Shown here: piece by piece, positions 37,451-46,786 of the stretch
Layout of the letters: each line of letters opens with the position of its first letter
Numbering within the stretch: position 1 is the first letter of the stretch
Source: a virus
Lineage: Duplodnaviria; Caudoviricetes
Strand: one strand, 5' to 3'
DNA: 56,973 nt
IMG/VR virus record: IMGVR_UViG_3300025120_000061
Span: 1 to 56,973 of that record
The notes under the pieces: model-generated
Database searches by the model: none
Told to the model about the DNA's origin: nothing
Seen by the model: only the letters and a program-made list of their open reading frames with translations
Program-made: the position numbers and the translations under genes

Positions 37451-38212
37451 ATGGCGTTTAGAAAACTTTTCTTTAAAAGAGTACAAGGTATTCGCGACAA
37501 TTATTTGTTGCAAGAAGGTGATATTGCGCTTGATGAAGATGATTTCAAACTATATCGTGGTGATGGATCAACAACAGGCGGTATTGTAATTGCAGGTGCA
37601 GGCGGCGGCAGTGGCATAGCACTTACAGACATAAGTGTTACACAAGCCAGTGCCAGCGGTGCAGGTACACTAGCATACAACAATACAACAGGCGTGTTTA
37701 CATACACCCCTCCAACTATACCTGCAGCAATTACAGATTTAAGTATTAGTGATGGCACTAACGGACAAGTACTTACTACAAATGGTTCAGGTGGTTTTAC
37801 ATTTGAAGACGCAAGTGGTGGAGGCAGTAGTCTACAAAGCAGAGCTACAAAAGCAGGTACCACAGGCAGTTTAGCAGATGCAGCACAGGAAAACCTAGAC
37901 ATCACAGGATTTAAAGGCTATGCACTGCTCAAAGTACAAACAGACAGAGCTGCTAGAGTGCGTATATACACAGATGCCGCCAGTAGAACAGCAGACGCTA
38001 GTAGAGCAGAAGGCACAGATCCTACAGCAGATGCAGGAGTAATAGCAGAAGTAATCACAACAGGTGCTGCAACTGTGCTGATATCACCGGGTGCTTTTGG
38101 TTTCAACAACGAAAGCACACCCACAACAACTATTCCTTGTAGAATCACAAACAAAAGTGGCGGAACAAGCACTGTTGTTGTAACACTTCATGTACTACAA
38201 CTGGAATCATAA
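37451..38212 (+). CDS. Short fibre-like virion protein
   Basis: N-terminal EGDIALDED..KLYRGDGSTTGG (Mtd-N/hyaluronidase-N-like); GTNGQVLTTNGSG fibre motif; own TAAATA (37428-33) and AGGAG. Confidence 0.55.
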   Translation: MAFRKLFFKRVQGIRDNYLLQEGDIALDEDDFKLYRGDGSTTGGIVIAGAGGGSGIALTDISVTQASASGAGTLAYNNTTGVFTYTPPTIPAAITDLSISDGTNGQVLTTNGSGGFTFEDASGGGSSLQSRATKAGTTGSLADAAQENLDITGFKGYALLKVQTDRAARVRIYTDAASRTADASRAEGTDPTADAGVIAEVITTGAATVLISPGAFGFNNESTPTTTIPCRITNKSGGTSTVVVTLHVLQLES

Positions 38213-39978
38213 TGGAACTGTTCCAAGTTACACTAAAACGTGGTGTAGACATTGATGCTTTCTATGATGATATGGAAACACCAGGCGGTGCTATAACTAT
38301 TCCAGATAGAAAAGTAGATTGCGGAGAACGCAGACCAACTTCAAGAACTACAGGCTACATGCTTACCTTGGAAGAAGCAAAAGAAGTAAGTTATGATGAC
38401 AGAGTAGAAGTTGTTGTTCCACAGAGTGTATTGGACAGACAGACCGTAGTTAACAATGCTACATACACAGGTAGATTTACCAAAAGCACAAGTCCAACTG
38501 GATCATTATTTACAAAAGCCAACGGTAGTAGCGGAGTTACATACACCAATAATGATCACCACGCTTGGGGAATACTAAGACACATTGAAACAGCCAACAG
38601 ATCAGGTTGGGGCGGCGATGCTGGAAGTTCGTCTGGCAGGCGTGTTGATACCACTGTAACATATTCAGCAAGTGGCAAGAATGTAGATATCATTATTGTA
38701 GAAAACCACACAGGTAGTGATCATGCAGAATATTCAAGCAGATTAGTAGATTATAATTGGGGACAACACTACAACACAATAACAGGTGGCACAAACTATA
38801 CATACAGCAACGCAGATGCTCGTGACAACTATAATCAAGAAAATAACCATCCAACAGCAAGTGCCTCCTATGCGGCAGGTGAAAGATTTGGACTTGCTAA
38901 AGATGCTAATGTATATATGTTTGATGGGACCTACGAGCAAAGCAAATCAGGTGGTGGTAGCACTAACAGAACCTTTGCCTACATCAGAGAATTCCACAGA
39001 ACCAAATCAATCAACCCAGCAACAGGTAGAAAGAATCCTACCATTGTAAATGCAAGTTTGGGATCAATCAACATCTATTCAGGTGCCAGTATAGCACACT
39101 TCCAAGGTGTGACATTAGACAAGGGCGACGGCAGTACATTCCTCAGTGATGCTGAACTGTTGGCTCGTGGAGTGTACAAGAACGCTGGTAAATCGTGGAC
39201 TAATTTTACCAGCAACACCAACTTTCAAGTAAACAGTTCTGCACCTAACAGTGATTTGGTAGATGCCATAGCAGAAGGTATCATTGTGGTCTCTGCGGCT
39301 GGCAACGATAACGCTTACACTGATGTATCAGGCGGCAACAACTACGACAACTACTTGGTTGCTGGCGCCGCATATGCGAATAGGAACTACTTCTTCAATG
39401 GCTACTATCCATTCAGAGATTATTATCATCGTGGCGACAACTTCTCATTCAACGGAGCAATAAACGTAGGTGCATTGAGCAACCGCATAGATGAAGGCAA
39501 ATCAGACTTCAGCAACTGGGGTCCGGGCATAGATGTATATGCCGCTGGAGAGAATGTAATGGGTGCTATGATGAAAGATGAAATTGCCTACGGTAATCCC
39601 TATTACGGACAGGAAAACAATACACCAAAATGGGATACAATGGGCTCGCAAAACGGCACAAGTTACGCCTCACCTTTTATAGCAGGTTTGCTGGCTTGTT
39701 TAGCAGAAGTATATCCTACACTGACACAGGCACAAGCAAGAACATATTTACAAAACAATGCTGTTACAGGATTGATGGCGGACACTGCAAACGCAATAGA
39801 CGTAGATGTAAGCACAAGAGTGAGCATAGACGGTTCAAACATTGATAGAATAGCACTGTGGAAGAATCACAGAGCAACGTCAGGTAACATGGCGTTTAAC
39901 ACATACAACAAAGACGTAAACACTAAGCCTACAACAGGAACAATATATCCTAGAACTAGGATTAGACGCAGAGGATAG
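38212..39978 (+). CDS. Subtilisin-like S8 peptidase, probably virion-associated
   Basis: IVNASLG, AAGND (oxyanion Asn), FSNWGPGIDVYAAG, NGTSYASP (catalytic Ser), HPTASAS.AAG (His). Confidence 0.85.
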   Translation: MELFQVTLKRGVDIDAFYDDMETPGGAITIPDRKVDCGERRPTSRTTGYMLTLEEAKEVSYDDRVEVVVPQSVLDRQTVVNNATYTGRFTKSTSPTGSLFTKANGSSGVTYTNNDHHAWGILRHIETANRSGWGGDAGSSSGRRVDTTVTYSASGKNVDIIIVENHTGSDHAEYSSRLVDYNWGQHYNTITGGTNYTYSNADARDNYNQENNHPTASASYAAGERFGLAKDANVYMFDGTYEQSKSGGGSTNRTFAYIREFHRTKSINPATGRKNPTIVNASLGSINIYSGASIAHFQGVTLDKGDGSTFLSDAELLARGVYKNAGKSWTNFTSNTNFQVNSSAPNSDLVDAIAEGIIVVSAAGNDNAYTDVSGGNNYDNYLVAGAAYANRNYFFNGYYPFRDYYHRGDNFSFNGAINVGALSNRIDEGKSDFSNWGPGIDVYAAGENVMGAMMKDEIAYGNPYYGQENNTPKWDTMGSQNGTSYASPFIAGLLACLAEVYPTLTQAQARTYLQNNAVTGLMADTANAIDVDVSTRVSIDGSNIDRIALWKNHRATSGNMAFNTYNKDVNTKPTTGTIYPRTRIRRRG

Positions 39979-39991
39979 GATAAATAATTAC

Positions 39992-40300
39992 ATGTTATTA
40001 TTTGAATTAGAAGCACCAGCATTTACACAAGTATCAGCAAAAGTTGATATGTTTAGTAAAAATCCTGACGTTCCTACACGAGAAGTAGGCAATGCATCGC
40101 CTGTTGAAGCACATGCTGAGGATAAAGACGAACCAGAATATCAAGATAGCACAGCGGCTATGAAAACTGATACCCGTAAGACACGTCTTACACTGGAACA
40201 GTTAAGCAAACTTCGTAAACTTTCAGATCTAAAAGCAGCAGAATACCAAGAGTCTATTAAAGAGATTCGCAAGCAATTTGCACCTGCACCAGCAGCATAA
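39992..40300 (+). CDS. Small hypothetical head-module protein
   Basis: 102-aa ORF preceded by TAAATA; helical C-terminus DTRKTRLTLEQLSKLRK; position between portal and core genes. Confidence 0.55.
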   Translation: MLLFELEAPAFTQVSAKVDMFSKNPDVPTREVGNASPVEAHAEDKDEPEYQDSTAAMKTDTRKTRLTLEQLSKLRKLSDLKAAEYQESIKEIRKQFAPAPAA

Positions 40301-40415
40301 TCCCAAAAAAATCCTATAGTCTACTTTTTGGCTCAAAAAGTACGCATTTAATCCTGTATCATTCATAAACACTAAATAAAACTACAAATGCCTTATGAAT
40401 ATAGGAGTTATACAA

Positions 40416-41126
40416 ATGACAAACAAATTTGAGCAATTGATTGAACTGTTTATCGCAGAAGATGAGCAGGGCGCAAAAGATTTGTTCCATGAGATCGTGG
40501 TTGAAAAATCACGTGACATCTATGAGGGTCTCACAGATGAGGATCAAGTTGAAGAAACTGCAGAAGTAGAAGAAGATGCAGTTGAAGAAAGTGAAGAAGA
40601 AATTGAAGAGTCAGATTTTGACGAAGCAGAACTAGGCGGCGATGCTGCTGATGATATGATTGACGACATCGAAGCTGATGAAGAAGGTCTATCAATGGAA
40701 GATGACGATGCGGACGAAGATATGGAAGACCGTGTTGTAGACCTAGAAGATGCACTAGACGAATTGAAAGCAGAATTTGAAGCACTAATGGGTGCAGACG
40801 ATGCTGCTGACGACGACGCAATGGACATGGAGCCAGAAATGGACATGGACATGGGCGACGAAGAAGGTGAAGAAGAAGGTGAAGAAATGGATATGGAATC
40901 AGTAGAAGAAGAGACTGAGGAAATGGTTCGCGAATACACCGAGAAAGCTCCTGCACCAGTAACTAGCGAAGAAGGTGATGGATCAGCAGGTCCAGTAGCT
41001 GGCAAAAACGACATGGGCGGCAAAGCAGTCGATCCAACAGGCGAAGAGTCAGGTGCACCAACACCAAAATCAACAGTACAAACAGATGCGTCAGACACAC
41101 GTGGCGCAACAATGAGTAAAGCATAA
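40416..41126 (+). CDS. Highly acidic prohead core protein (gp67-like position; start revised to 40416)
   Basis: AGGAG precedes MTNKFEQ; extreme Asp/Glu content; upstream of the prohead protease. Confidence 0.6.
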   Translation: MTNKFEQLIELFIAEDEQGAKDLFHEIVVEKSRDIYEGLTDEDQVEETAEVEEDAVEESEEEIEESDFDEAELGGDAADDMIDDIEADEEGLSMEDDDADEDMEDRVVDLEDALDELKAEFEALMGADDAADDDAMDMEPEMDMDMGDEEGEEEGEEMDMESVEEETEEMVREYTEKAPAPVTSEEGDGSAGPVAGKNDMGGKAVDPTGEESGAPTPKSTVQTDASDTRGATMSKA

Positions 41127-41131
41127 TTTCT

Positions 41132-41764
41132 ATGTTATACTTGAGAGAAAACCTAACGTTTAAAGATGCAAATGTTGTTTATGAAGCAACAGAAAATTCT
41201 AATGGCGGCAAGGATCTCTACATGAAAGGCATTTGTATCCAGGGCGGGGTAGAGAACGCAAACAAGCGTGTTTACCCTGTCTCTGAAATTACTAATGCTG
41301 TAACTACCATCAACGAGCAAATAAAAGAAGGCAATAGCGTTCTTGGCGAAGTTGACCATCCAGATGATCTCAAAATTAACCTTGATCGAGTATCACATAT
41401 GATTGAAAGTATGTGGATGGATGGACCTAACGGATATGGTAAATTGAAGATTCTTGAAACACCTATGGGTCAACTTGTGAAAACAATGATCGAGGGTGGA
41501 GTAAAATTAGGAGTTAGTAGCAGAGGCAGTGGAAACGTAAATGAATCCAGTGGTCAAGTTGCTGATTTTGAAATTGTCACAGTTGATGTTGTGGCACAAC
41601 CCAGTGCACCAAATGCATACCCAGTAGCGATTTACGAAGGACTACTTAATATGCGTGAGGGGCATAAAGTGCTTGACATGGCTCGCGAAGCAAGCGGCGA
41701 TGCTAAAGTACAAAAATACCTGAAAGAGGAAATGATTCGTCTTATCAGGGACTTAAAGATCTAG
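41132..41764 (+). CDS. gp21: Prohead protease
   Basis: N.N.RVYP, LGEVDHP, LGVSSRGSG, DVVAQPSAPNAYP. Confidence 0.95.
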   Translation: MLYLRENLTFKDANVVYEATENSNGGKDLYMKGICIQGGVENANKRVYPVSEITNAVTTINEQIKEGNSVLGEVDHPDDLKINLDRVSHMIESMWMDGPNGYGKLKILETPMGQLVKTMIEGGVKLGVSSRGSGNVNESSGQVADFEIVTVDVVAQPSAPNAYPVAIYEGLLNMREGHKVLDMAREASGDAKVQKYLKEEMIRLIRDLKI

Positions 41765-41773
41765 GAGATCAAA

Positions 41774-42877
41774 ATGCTAGATGCTATCAAACCACTTTTG
41801 GATAGCGACCTTGTGAATGAGGAAACTCGCTCTGCTATTGCTGAACAATGGGAAGCAAAGATGAACGAAACTCGTACACAGGTTACTGCAGAACTTCGCG
41901 AGGAGTTTGCACAACGCTATGAGCATGATAAATCTACTATGGTTGAAGCCTTAGATCGTATGGTTACTGAAGGTCTTACTACAGAGATAGAGCAGATCGC
42001 TGAAGAGCGTAAAGCAATCTCTGAAGACCGTGCTAAGTTTGTTGCAAAAATGCAAGAAGCAAGCGGCACATTTGACCAATTTTTAGTTAAAACACTTAGT
42101 GAAGAAATCAAGGAACTAAAGTCAGAAAGAGCAGATCAGCAAGCACTGGTTGGCAAACTCGAAGAGTTTGTTACCGCACAGCTTTCTGAGGAAATTTCAG
42201 ACTTCCAGAAAGATCGTCAAGATGTTGTTGAAACTAAAGTAAGATTGGTTAAAGAAGCTCGTGAGCAGTTTGCAAACCTCAAAGAGAAGTTTGTAAAGCA
42301 CACAAGTCAAGCCGTTAATGAAGCAGTAACTGGCTATCTAAAAGGTGAAATGACTCAACTTAAAGAAGATATTCAAATCGCAAAAGAGAACTCATTCGGA
42401 CGTAAAATATTCGAAACTTTTGCTACAGAATTTTCATCAAGTCACTTAAACGAAAATCAAAAAATTAAGGAACTAGAAGCAGCAGTCCAAGCGGCTACTG
42501 AAGAAGTTTCACAAATCAATGAAAGTCTTGAAGAAAAATCTAAGATCGTTGAGAGCAAAGAGCAAGAAATTGCTTTAATTAATGAGGGTGTAGAGCGTAA
42601 AGAAACACTAAACACACTTCTTAAGCCACTCAACAAAGATAAGGCAGCGATTATGACTGACCTACTAGAAAGCGTACAGACTGCAAAGTTGCAGACTGCT
42701 TTCGACCGTTACCTACCAGCAGTACTAGATGGTAAATCGATGATTAAAGAATCAAAGAAAGAAACTATCACAGAAAGCCGTACTGAAGTAACAGGTAATA
42801 AAGAACAAAAAACAGTCCAGGTTGAAGAAGGAAACGATAACATCGTTGATATCCGCAAACTTGCTGGCTTAAAATAA
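41774..42877 (+). CDS. gp22: Prohead scaffold/core protein
   Basis: Long Glu/Lys coiled coil between protease and major capsid genes. Confidence 0.8.
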   Translation: MLDAIKPLLDSDLVNEETRSAIAEQWEAKMNETRTQVTAELREEFAQRYEHDKSTMVEALDRMVTEGLTTEIEQIAEERKAISEDRAKFVAKMQEASGTFDQFLVKTLSEEIKELKSERADQQALVGKLEEFVTAQLSEEISDFQKDRQDVVETKVRLVKEAREQFANLKEKFVKHTSQAVNEAVTGYLKGEMTQLKEDIQIAKENSFGRKIFETFATEFSSSHLNENQKIKELEAAVQAATEEVSQINESLEEKSKIVESKEQEIALINEGVERKETLNTLLKPLNKDKAAIMTDLLESVQTAKLQTAFDRYLPAVLDGKSMIKESKKETITESRTEVTGNKEQKTVQVEEGNDNIVDIRKLAGLK

Positions 42878-42898
42878 AGTACAACAGAGGAGACTTAA

Positions 42899-44077
42899 AT
42901 GTCAGACGTACTACTAGAAAGCCGTTGGGACGATACCAAAGATGCACTTCTTGAAGGTCTAGAAGGTAATCGCCGTAACAGCATGGGTGTTGTTTTAGAA
43001 AACACTCGCAAATACTTGAAAGAGGCAGCTACAGCAGGTGCTTCAGCAGCAGGCAACGTAGCGACACTTAACCGTGTAATTCTACCAGTTATCCGTCGTG
43101 TAATGCCTACAGTTATCGCTAACGAAATCGTTGGTGTACAGCCAATGCAAGGTCCAGTTGGTCAGATTCATACACTTCGTGTACGTTATGCTGAAACAAC
43201 AAACGATGCATCAGCAACTAACACAGACACAGTAGCAGGTGACGAAGCATTGTCACCATTCAAAATTGCTAACGCATATTCTGGTTCACTTACAACAGGT
43301 AAAGCAGACAGCACAGCAGCAAAAGAAGGTAATGGCGGTCGTGCATTATCAATCCAGATCCTAAAGCAAGCAGTTGAAGCAAAAACTCGTAAGCTACAGG
43401 CACGCTGGACATTTGAAGCAGCTCAAGACGCACAGTCAATGCATGGCATTGATGTCGAAGCTGAAATCATGGCAGCACTTGCACAAGAAATCACTGCAGA
43501 AATTGATCAGGAAGTACTAGCGTCATTACGTTCACTAGCCGCTACTGAAGAAACATTCAACCAAGCAGCAGTTTCTGGTACAGCAACATACGTTGGTGAC
43601 GAGCATGCAGCACTTGCAGTTCTAATCAACCGCACAGCAAACAAGATTGCACAGCGCACACGTCGTGGTGCAGGTAACTTTGCAGTTGTTTCACCTGAGT
43701 CACTAACAGTGCTTCAGTCAGCATCAACTTCAGCGTTTGCTCGCACAACAGAAGGCACATTTGAGGCACCAACAAACACTAAGTTTGTAGGTACACTTAA
43801 CGGTGCAATGCGTGTATATGTTGATTCATATGCAGCAGACGCAACAGCAGTACTTGTTGGCTACAAAGGCTCAAGTGAAACAGATGCGGCAGCATTCTAT
43901 TGCCCATACGTTCCGCTAATGTCAAGTGGCACAGTGCTTGATCCAGACACATTTGAGCCAGTCGTATCATTCATGACACGTTATGGTTATGTCGAGCTAT
44001 CAAACACAGCAAGTTCACTAGGCAACGCAGGCGATTATGTCGGCGAAGTTGCAATGTCAAACATCTCATTCTCATAA
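42899..44077 (+). CDS. gp23: Major capsid protein
   Basis: IVGVQPMQGPVGQI..LR.RY, VEAKTRKLQARWT.E.AQD, EIT.EID.E, FYCPYVPL, FMTRYG. Confidence 0.97.
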   Translation: MSDVLLESRWDDTKDALLEGLEGNRRNSMGVVLENTRKYLKEAATAGASAAGNVATLNRVILPVIRRVMPTVIANEIVGVQPMQGPVGQIHTLRVRYAETTNDASATNTDTVAGDEALSPFKIANAYSGSLTTGKADSTAAKEGNGGRALSIQILKQAVEAKTRKLQARWTFEAAQDAQSMHGIDVEAEIMAALAQEITAEIDQEVLASLRSLAATEETFNQAAVSGTATYVGDEHAALAVLINRTANKIAQRTRRGAGNFAVVSPESLTVLQSASTSAFARTTEGTFEAPTNTKFVGTLNGAMRVYVDSYAADATAVLVGYKGSSETDAAAFYCPYVPLMSSGTVLDPDTFEPVVSFMTRYGYVELSNTASSLGNAGDYVGEVAMSNISFS

Positions 44078-44103
44078 GTCTAACTTATAGAATAGGAACA
44101 CAG

Positions 44104-44130
44104 AAACAGGCTCTTCGGAGCCTGTTTTTT
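44104..44130 (+). terminator. Rho-independent terminator after gp23
   Basis: aaacaggctc-TTCG-gagcctgttt followed by a T-run; c(UUCG)g loop. Confidence 0.92.
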
Positions 44131-44142
44131 GTTAAATACAGT

Positions 44143-44205
44143 ATCAGCAAAGTCTGATTTATGCGGTATACCAACCGCGTAGTGGGCTAAAACCCGCATA
44201 AGGAG
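44143..44205 (+). promoter_or_regulatory. Structured, potentially bistable 5' leader
   Basis: Follows TAAATA at 44133-38. Hairpins 44143-58, 44160-81 and 44182-97, or the alternative helix 44159-66 with 44194-201 next to AGGAG. Confidence 0.55.
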
Positions 44206-44212
44206 AAACAAA

Positions 44213-44647
44213 ATGGGAAGACCAATTAAAAGCGCCGAAACAGTAGGCGGAACATCAAAACTTGCTAGTGTAAACACAGTATTGCCAATTGGTGCAAGTG
44301 GACTAGGCGGCAATCAGATGATTATGAAAGGCTTTGTAACTGGTGGTAGTGCTCAAGACACAACAGTTATCATTCAAAAGGGTACAAAACGTTTTCGTTG
44401 TACAACTGCAACTGGTACAGAAACACTAACTCTTGTGCCAGTAGTACATGGTTCAATTGCTGCAGGCCAGTGCCAGATTACTGGTACAGACAGTGCAGGC
44501 GGAACTTACTTTGCTAGTAAGATCACAGGACGTCACTTTGTAGTTGGTGCTCAAGGCACAGGCTCGCAGTTTGCAGTAGGCGATAAAGCAAATATCGTAG
44601 CATCAAGCCCAGTTGAAGACGTAAGTGTAAGTATTCCTAACGGCTAA
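44213..44647 (+). CDS. Small virion protein, possible capsid decoration
   Basis: 144-aa beta-rich Gly/Thr protein right after gp23, with a late promoter and strong SD. Confidence 0.5.
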   Translation: MGRPIKSAETVGGTSKLASVNTVLPIGASGLGGNQMIMKGFVTGGSAQDTTVIIQKGTKRFRCTTATGTETLTLVPVVHGSIAAGQCQITGTDSAGGTYFASKITGRHFVVGAQGTGSQFAVGDKANIVASSPVEDVSVSIPNG

Positions 44648-44654
44648 TAGTTAC

Positions 44655-44700
44655 TTGACTAAAATAAAGGGTTACAGTATAATACACTGTAACCTTTTTT
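44655..44700 (+). promoter_or_regulatory. Sigma70-type promoter overlapping a terminator hairpin
   Basis: TTGACT (44655-60), 17 nt, TATAAT (44678-83); stem ggttacagt/actgtaacc followed by T6. Confidence 0.7.
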
Positions 44701-44706
44701 ATTGAC

Positions 44707-45291
44707 ATGATTGAATTTGCATTTATATTGGGTAATGGCGTAACACGTTTAGAAGTAGTTCCAGAAGAATTACTCCTGCGAGGCAAAGTCTATGGCTGTA
44801 ATAGAATATATGAGGAGTTTGAACCCACTATACTAGTAAGCACAGATCGTGGTATGGCAGAAGAAATACAACTGAGTGGTTATAGTAAACGGCGCCAGCA
44901 CTATACACGCAAACAACATGTAATAGAACATAGCGGTGCTAGAATATTGCCACAGCAAATACATAATTTTAGCAGTGGGCCTGCTGCATGCGGACTTGCT
45001 TGTTTAACTGATGCAGAGTATATATTTTTAATAGGATTCGATCTCAAAGGACAGCATAACTTTATAAACAATATATACGCTGGTACTAAAAATTATAAGA
45101 GTAAAGACAGCGCACCAACACCTTGGAGTCTTTGGGAAACACAGATTAGCACATTGCTTACAAAATTTCCTAGTAAAAACATAGTGCATGTTAATCCATT
45201 GCATGGATTTACTAGTGTTTCTTGGTTGAAACACACAAACTTTAAAACAATGTATTTGACTGAGTTCCAACAAGTGATAAATAATCTATAA
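44707..45291 (+). CDS. Rossmann-like protein of the MptE/Maf (DUF115)/GT29-like type
   Basis: AFILGNG.TR, VYGCN..Y, LVSTD, SSGPAA, IFLIGFD motifs. Confidence 0.55.
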   Translation: MIEFAFILGNGVTRLEVVPEELLLRGKVYGCNRIYEEFEPTILVSTDRGMAEEIQLSGYSKRRQHYTRKQHVIEHSGARILPQQIHNFSSGPAACGLACLTDAEYIFLIGFDLKGQHNFINNIYAGTKNYKSKDSAPTPWSLWETQISTLLTKFPSKNIVHVNPLHGFTSVSWLKHTNFKTMYLTEFQQVINNL

Positions 45292-45306
45292 GCAGGAATT
45301 TAAACA

Positions 45307-45954
45307 ATGAGTCAAACAAAAAGAATCGGCGGAGCATATACAATCACTGCCAGCGGTGGTACTACCATCGACAGTGCATTAGTTGTTACTGGTAACTTAA
45401 CAGTAAGCGGCACAACCACAACTGTATCAACAACCAATGCGGCTATTAAAGATAACATTGTTGTTTACAACGATGGTGAGTCAGGTGCAGGTGTTAGTGG
45501 CGGTGCAGGCAAATCTGGTATTGAAATTGATCGTGGTAGCGTTGCAAATGCACAGTTTGTTTTTGATGAAGCAGATGATAAATTTAAAATAAGTTTAGAT
45601 GCAGGCTCTTCATTCTCAAACATAATGGTTACTAGTAGTTCAGGATCAACAGTAGTTGTAGATGATACGTCACCTCAACTAGGTGGCGATTTAGAAACTA
45701 ACGGATTTAATATTGTAAGTGCAATTAGCAATGAAGATATTCAGTTGGTACCAAGTGGAACTGGCAAAGTAACAGTTGCAAGTGCGCTTAAATTAAATGA
45801 TCAGTCAGTTGTTCCTAGCAGTGTAACAGGTGCAACATTGCTGTATGCAGACACAGCGGCAGGTGGTGGCACAGGCGTGTACTTTGTAGATGGCAGTACT
45901 AGTGACGAACTTGTAAGTAAATCTAAAGCCATCGTATACGGATTAATTTTTTAA
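45307..45954 (+). CDS. Virion structural/fibre protein
   Basis: GNLTVSGTTTTV, GIEIDRG, DDTSPQLGGDL fibre modules; TAAATA at 45278-83. Confidence 0.65.
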   Translation: MSQTKRIGGAYTITASGGTTIDSALVVTGNLTVSGTTTTVSTTNAAIKDNIVVYNDGESGAGVSGGAGKSGIEIDRGSVANAQFVFDEADDKFKISLDAGSSFSNIMVTSSSGSTVVVDDTSPQLGGDLETNGFNIVSAISNEDIQLVPSGTGKVTVASALKLNDQSVVPSSVTGATLLYADTAAGGGTGVYFVDGSTSDELVSKSKAIVYGLIF

Positions 45955-45966
45955 AGGAACTAACAA

Positions 45967-46278
45967 ATGGCGATTACACAAGCAGGTGCAGTAGGCACAA
46001 GTGCAACAACAGTATACACAAGCAGTGGTACAACCGCTATTACTTGTATGTTTTTTATGAATGACAACGCTAGTGCAAGAACAATGGATGTTCATGTTGT
46101 ACAAAGCGGTGCTAGTTTAGCAACAACAAATAAGATTGTTAAAACAATTACCATTGATCCAGCAGATACTTATGTCGTTAACCTAGAAAAATTAGTACTA
46201 TCCAACGGCGATATGATTCAATGTGTTGCTAGTGCAGCATCTAGTATTATGCCAACAGTTAGTTCGGTAACAATCTAA
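45967..46278 (+). CDS. Small virion structural protein
   Basis: 103-aa beta-sandwich-like ORF (TTVYT...EKLVLSNGD) in a late operon. Confidence 0.55.
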   Translation: MAITQAGAVGTSATTVYTSSGTTAITCMFFMNDNASARTMDVHVVQSGASLATTNKIVKTITIDPADTYVVNLEKLVLSNGDMIQCVASAASSIMPTVSSVTI

Positions 46279-46715
46279 TGGCTGGCTTTGTAAAAACAAA
46301 AGGCAGAGCTGATGGTGGTGATACTATTAAAGCAACAGATGAAGGCGGTTTAGAGATTCCAGCAGGAACAACTGCACTTAGGCCCTCAGCCGCAAAAAAA
46401 GGCGACTTAAGATTTAACACTAGTATTGATAAAATGGAATACTTTGACGGCAGTGCTTTTGTTCAGTTTAGTAAAGAAGGCAATGTTGCTGTTACGCAAG
46501 ATAGTTTTACTGGTAATGGATCAACAACTGCATTTACAATGAGTCAAGCAGTCACAAGCAATCAGCCCCAACGTGTTATTGTTGCTGTAGGTAACGTTTT
46601 CCAAAATCCAGCCACTGCTTATACACTAAGTGGTACAACTATTACATTCACAAGTGCTCCTGGTGGCAGTGAGAGTGTAGTTGTTATTCATGGAATCGAC
46701 AGTACAACTCACTAA
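46278..46715 (+). CDS. Virion structural protein
   Basis: IPAGTTALRP..GDLRFN module plus FTGNGSTTAFT...TITFTSAP module. Confidence 0.6.
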   Translation: MAGFVKTKGRADGGDTIKATDEGGLEIPAGTTALRPSAAKKGDLRFNTSIDKMEYFDGSAFVQFSKEGNVAVTQDSFTGNGSTTAFTMSQAVTSNQPQRVIVAVGNVFQNPATAYTLSGTTITFTSAPGGSESVVVIHGIDSTTH

Positions 46716-46716
46716 G

Positions 46717-46780
46717 TATAAATACACTTAATAAACCCTGTCACCTCGGACGTTAGTAGGTGATCGCAGGATAGCGGAGT
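46717..46780 (+). promoter_or_regulatory. Late promoter TATAAATA (46717-24) and pseudoknot-capable leader
   Basis: Stem cctg-tcacct/aggtga-tcg-cagg (46737-70); loop cgtta can pair with tagcg (46772-76), which overlaps GGAG. Confidence 0.55.
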
Positions 46781-46786
46781 GTAGGT

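Noticed and set aside
40322-40342. Hairpin tactttttg-gct-caaaaagta as a terminator
   Set aside because: AT-only stem apart from two GC pairs and no following U-tract; function unsupported.
40531-41098. Antisense ORFs of 141 and 184 aa
   Set aside because: Shadow frames of the Asp/Glu-rich core gene.
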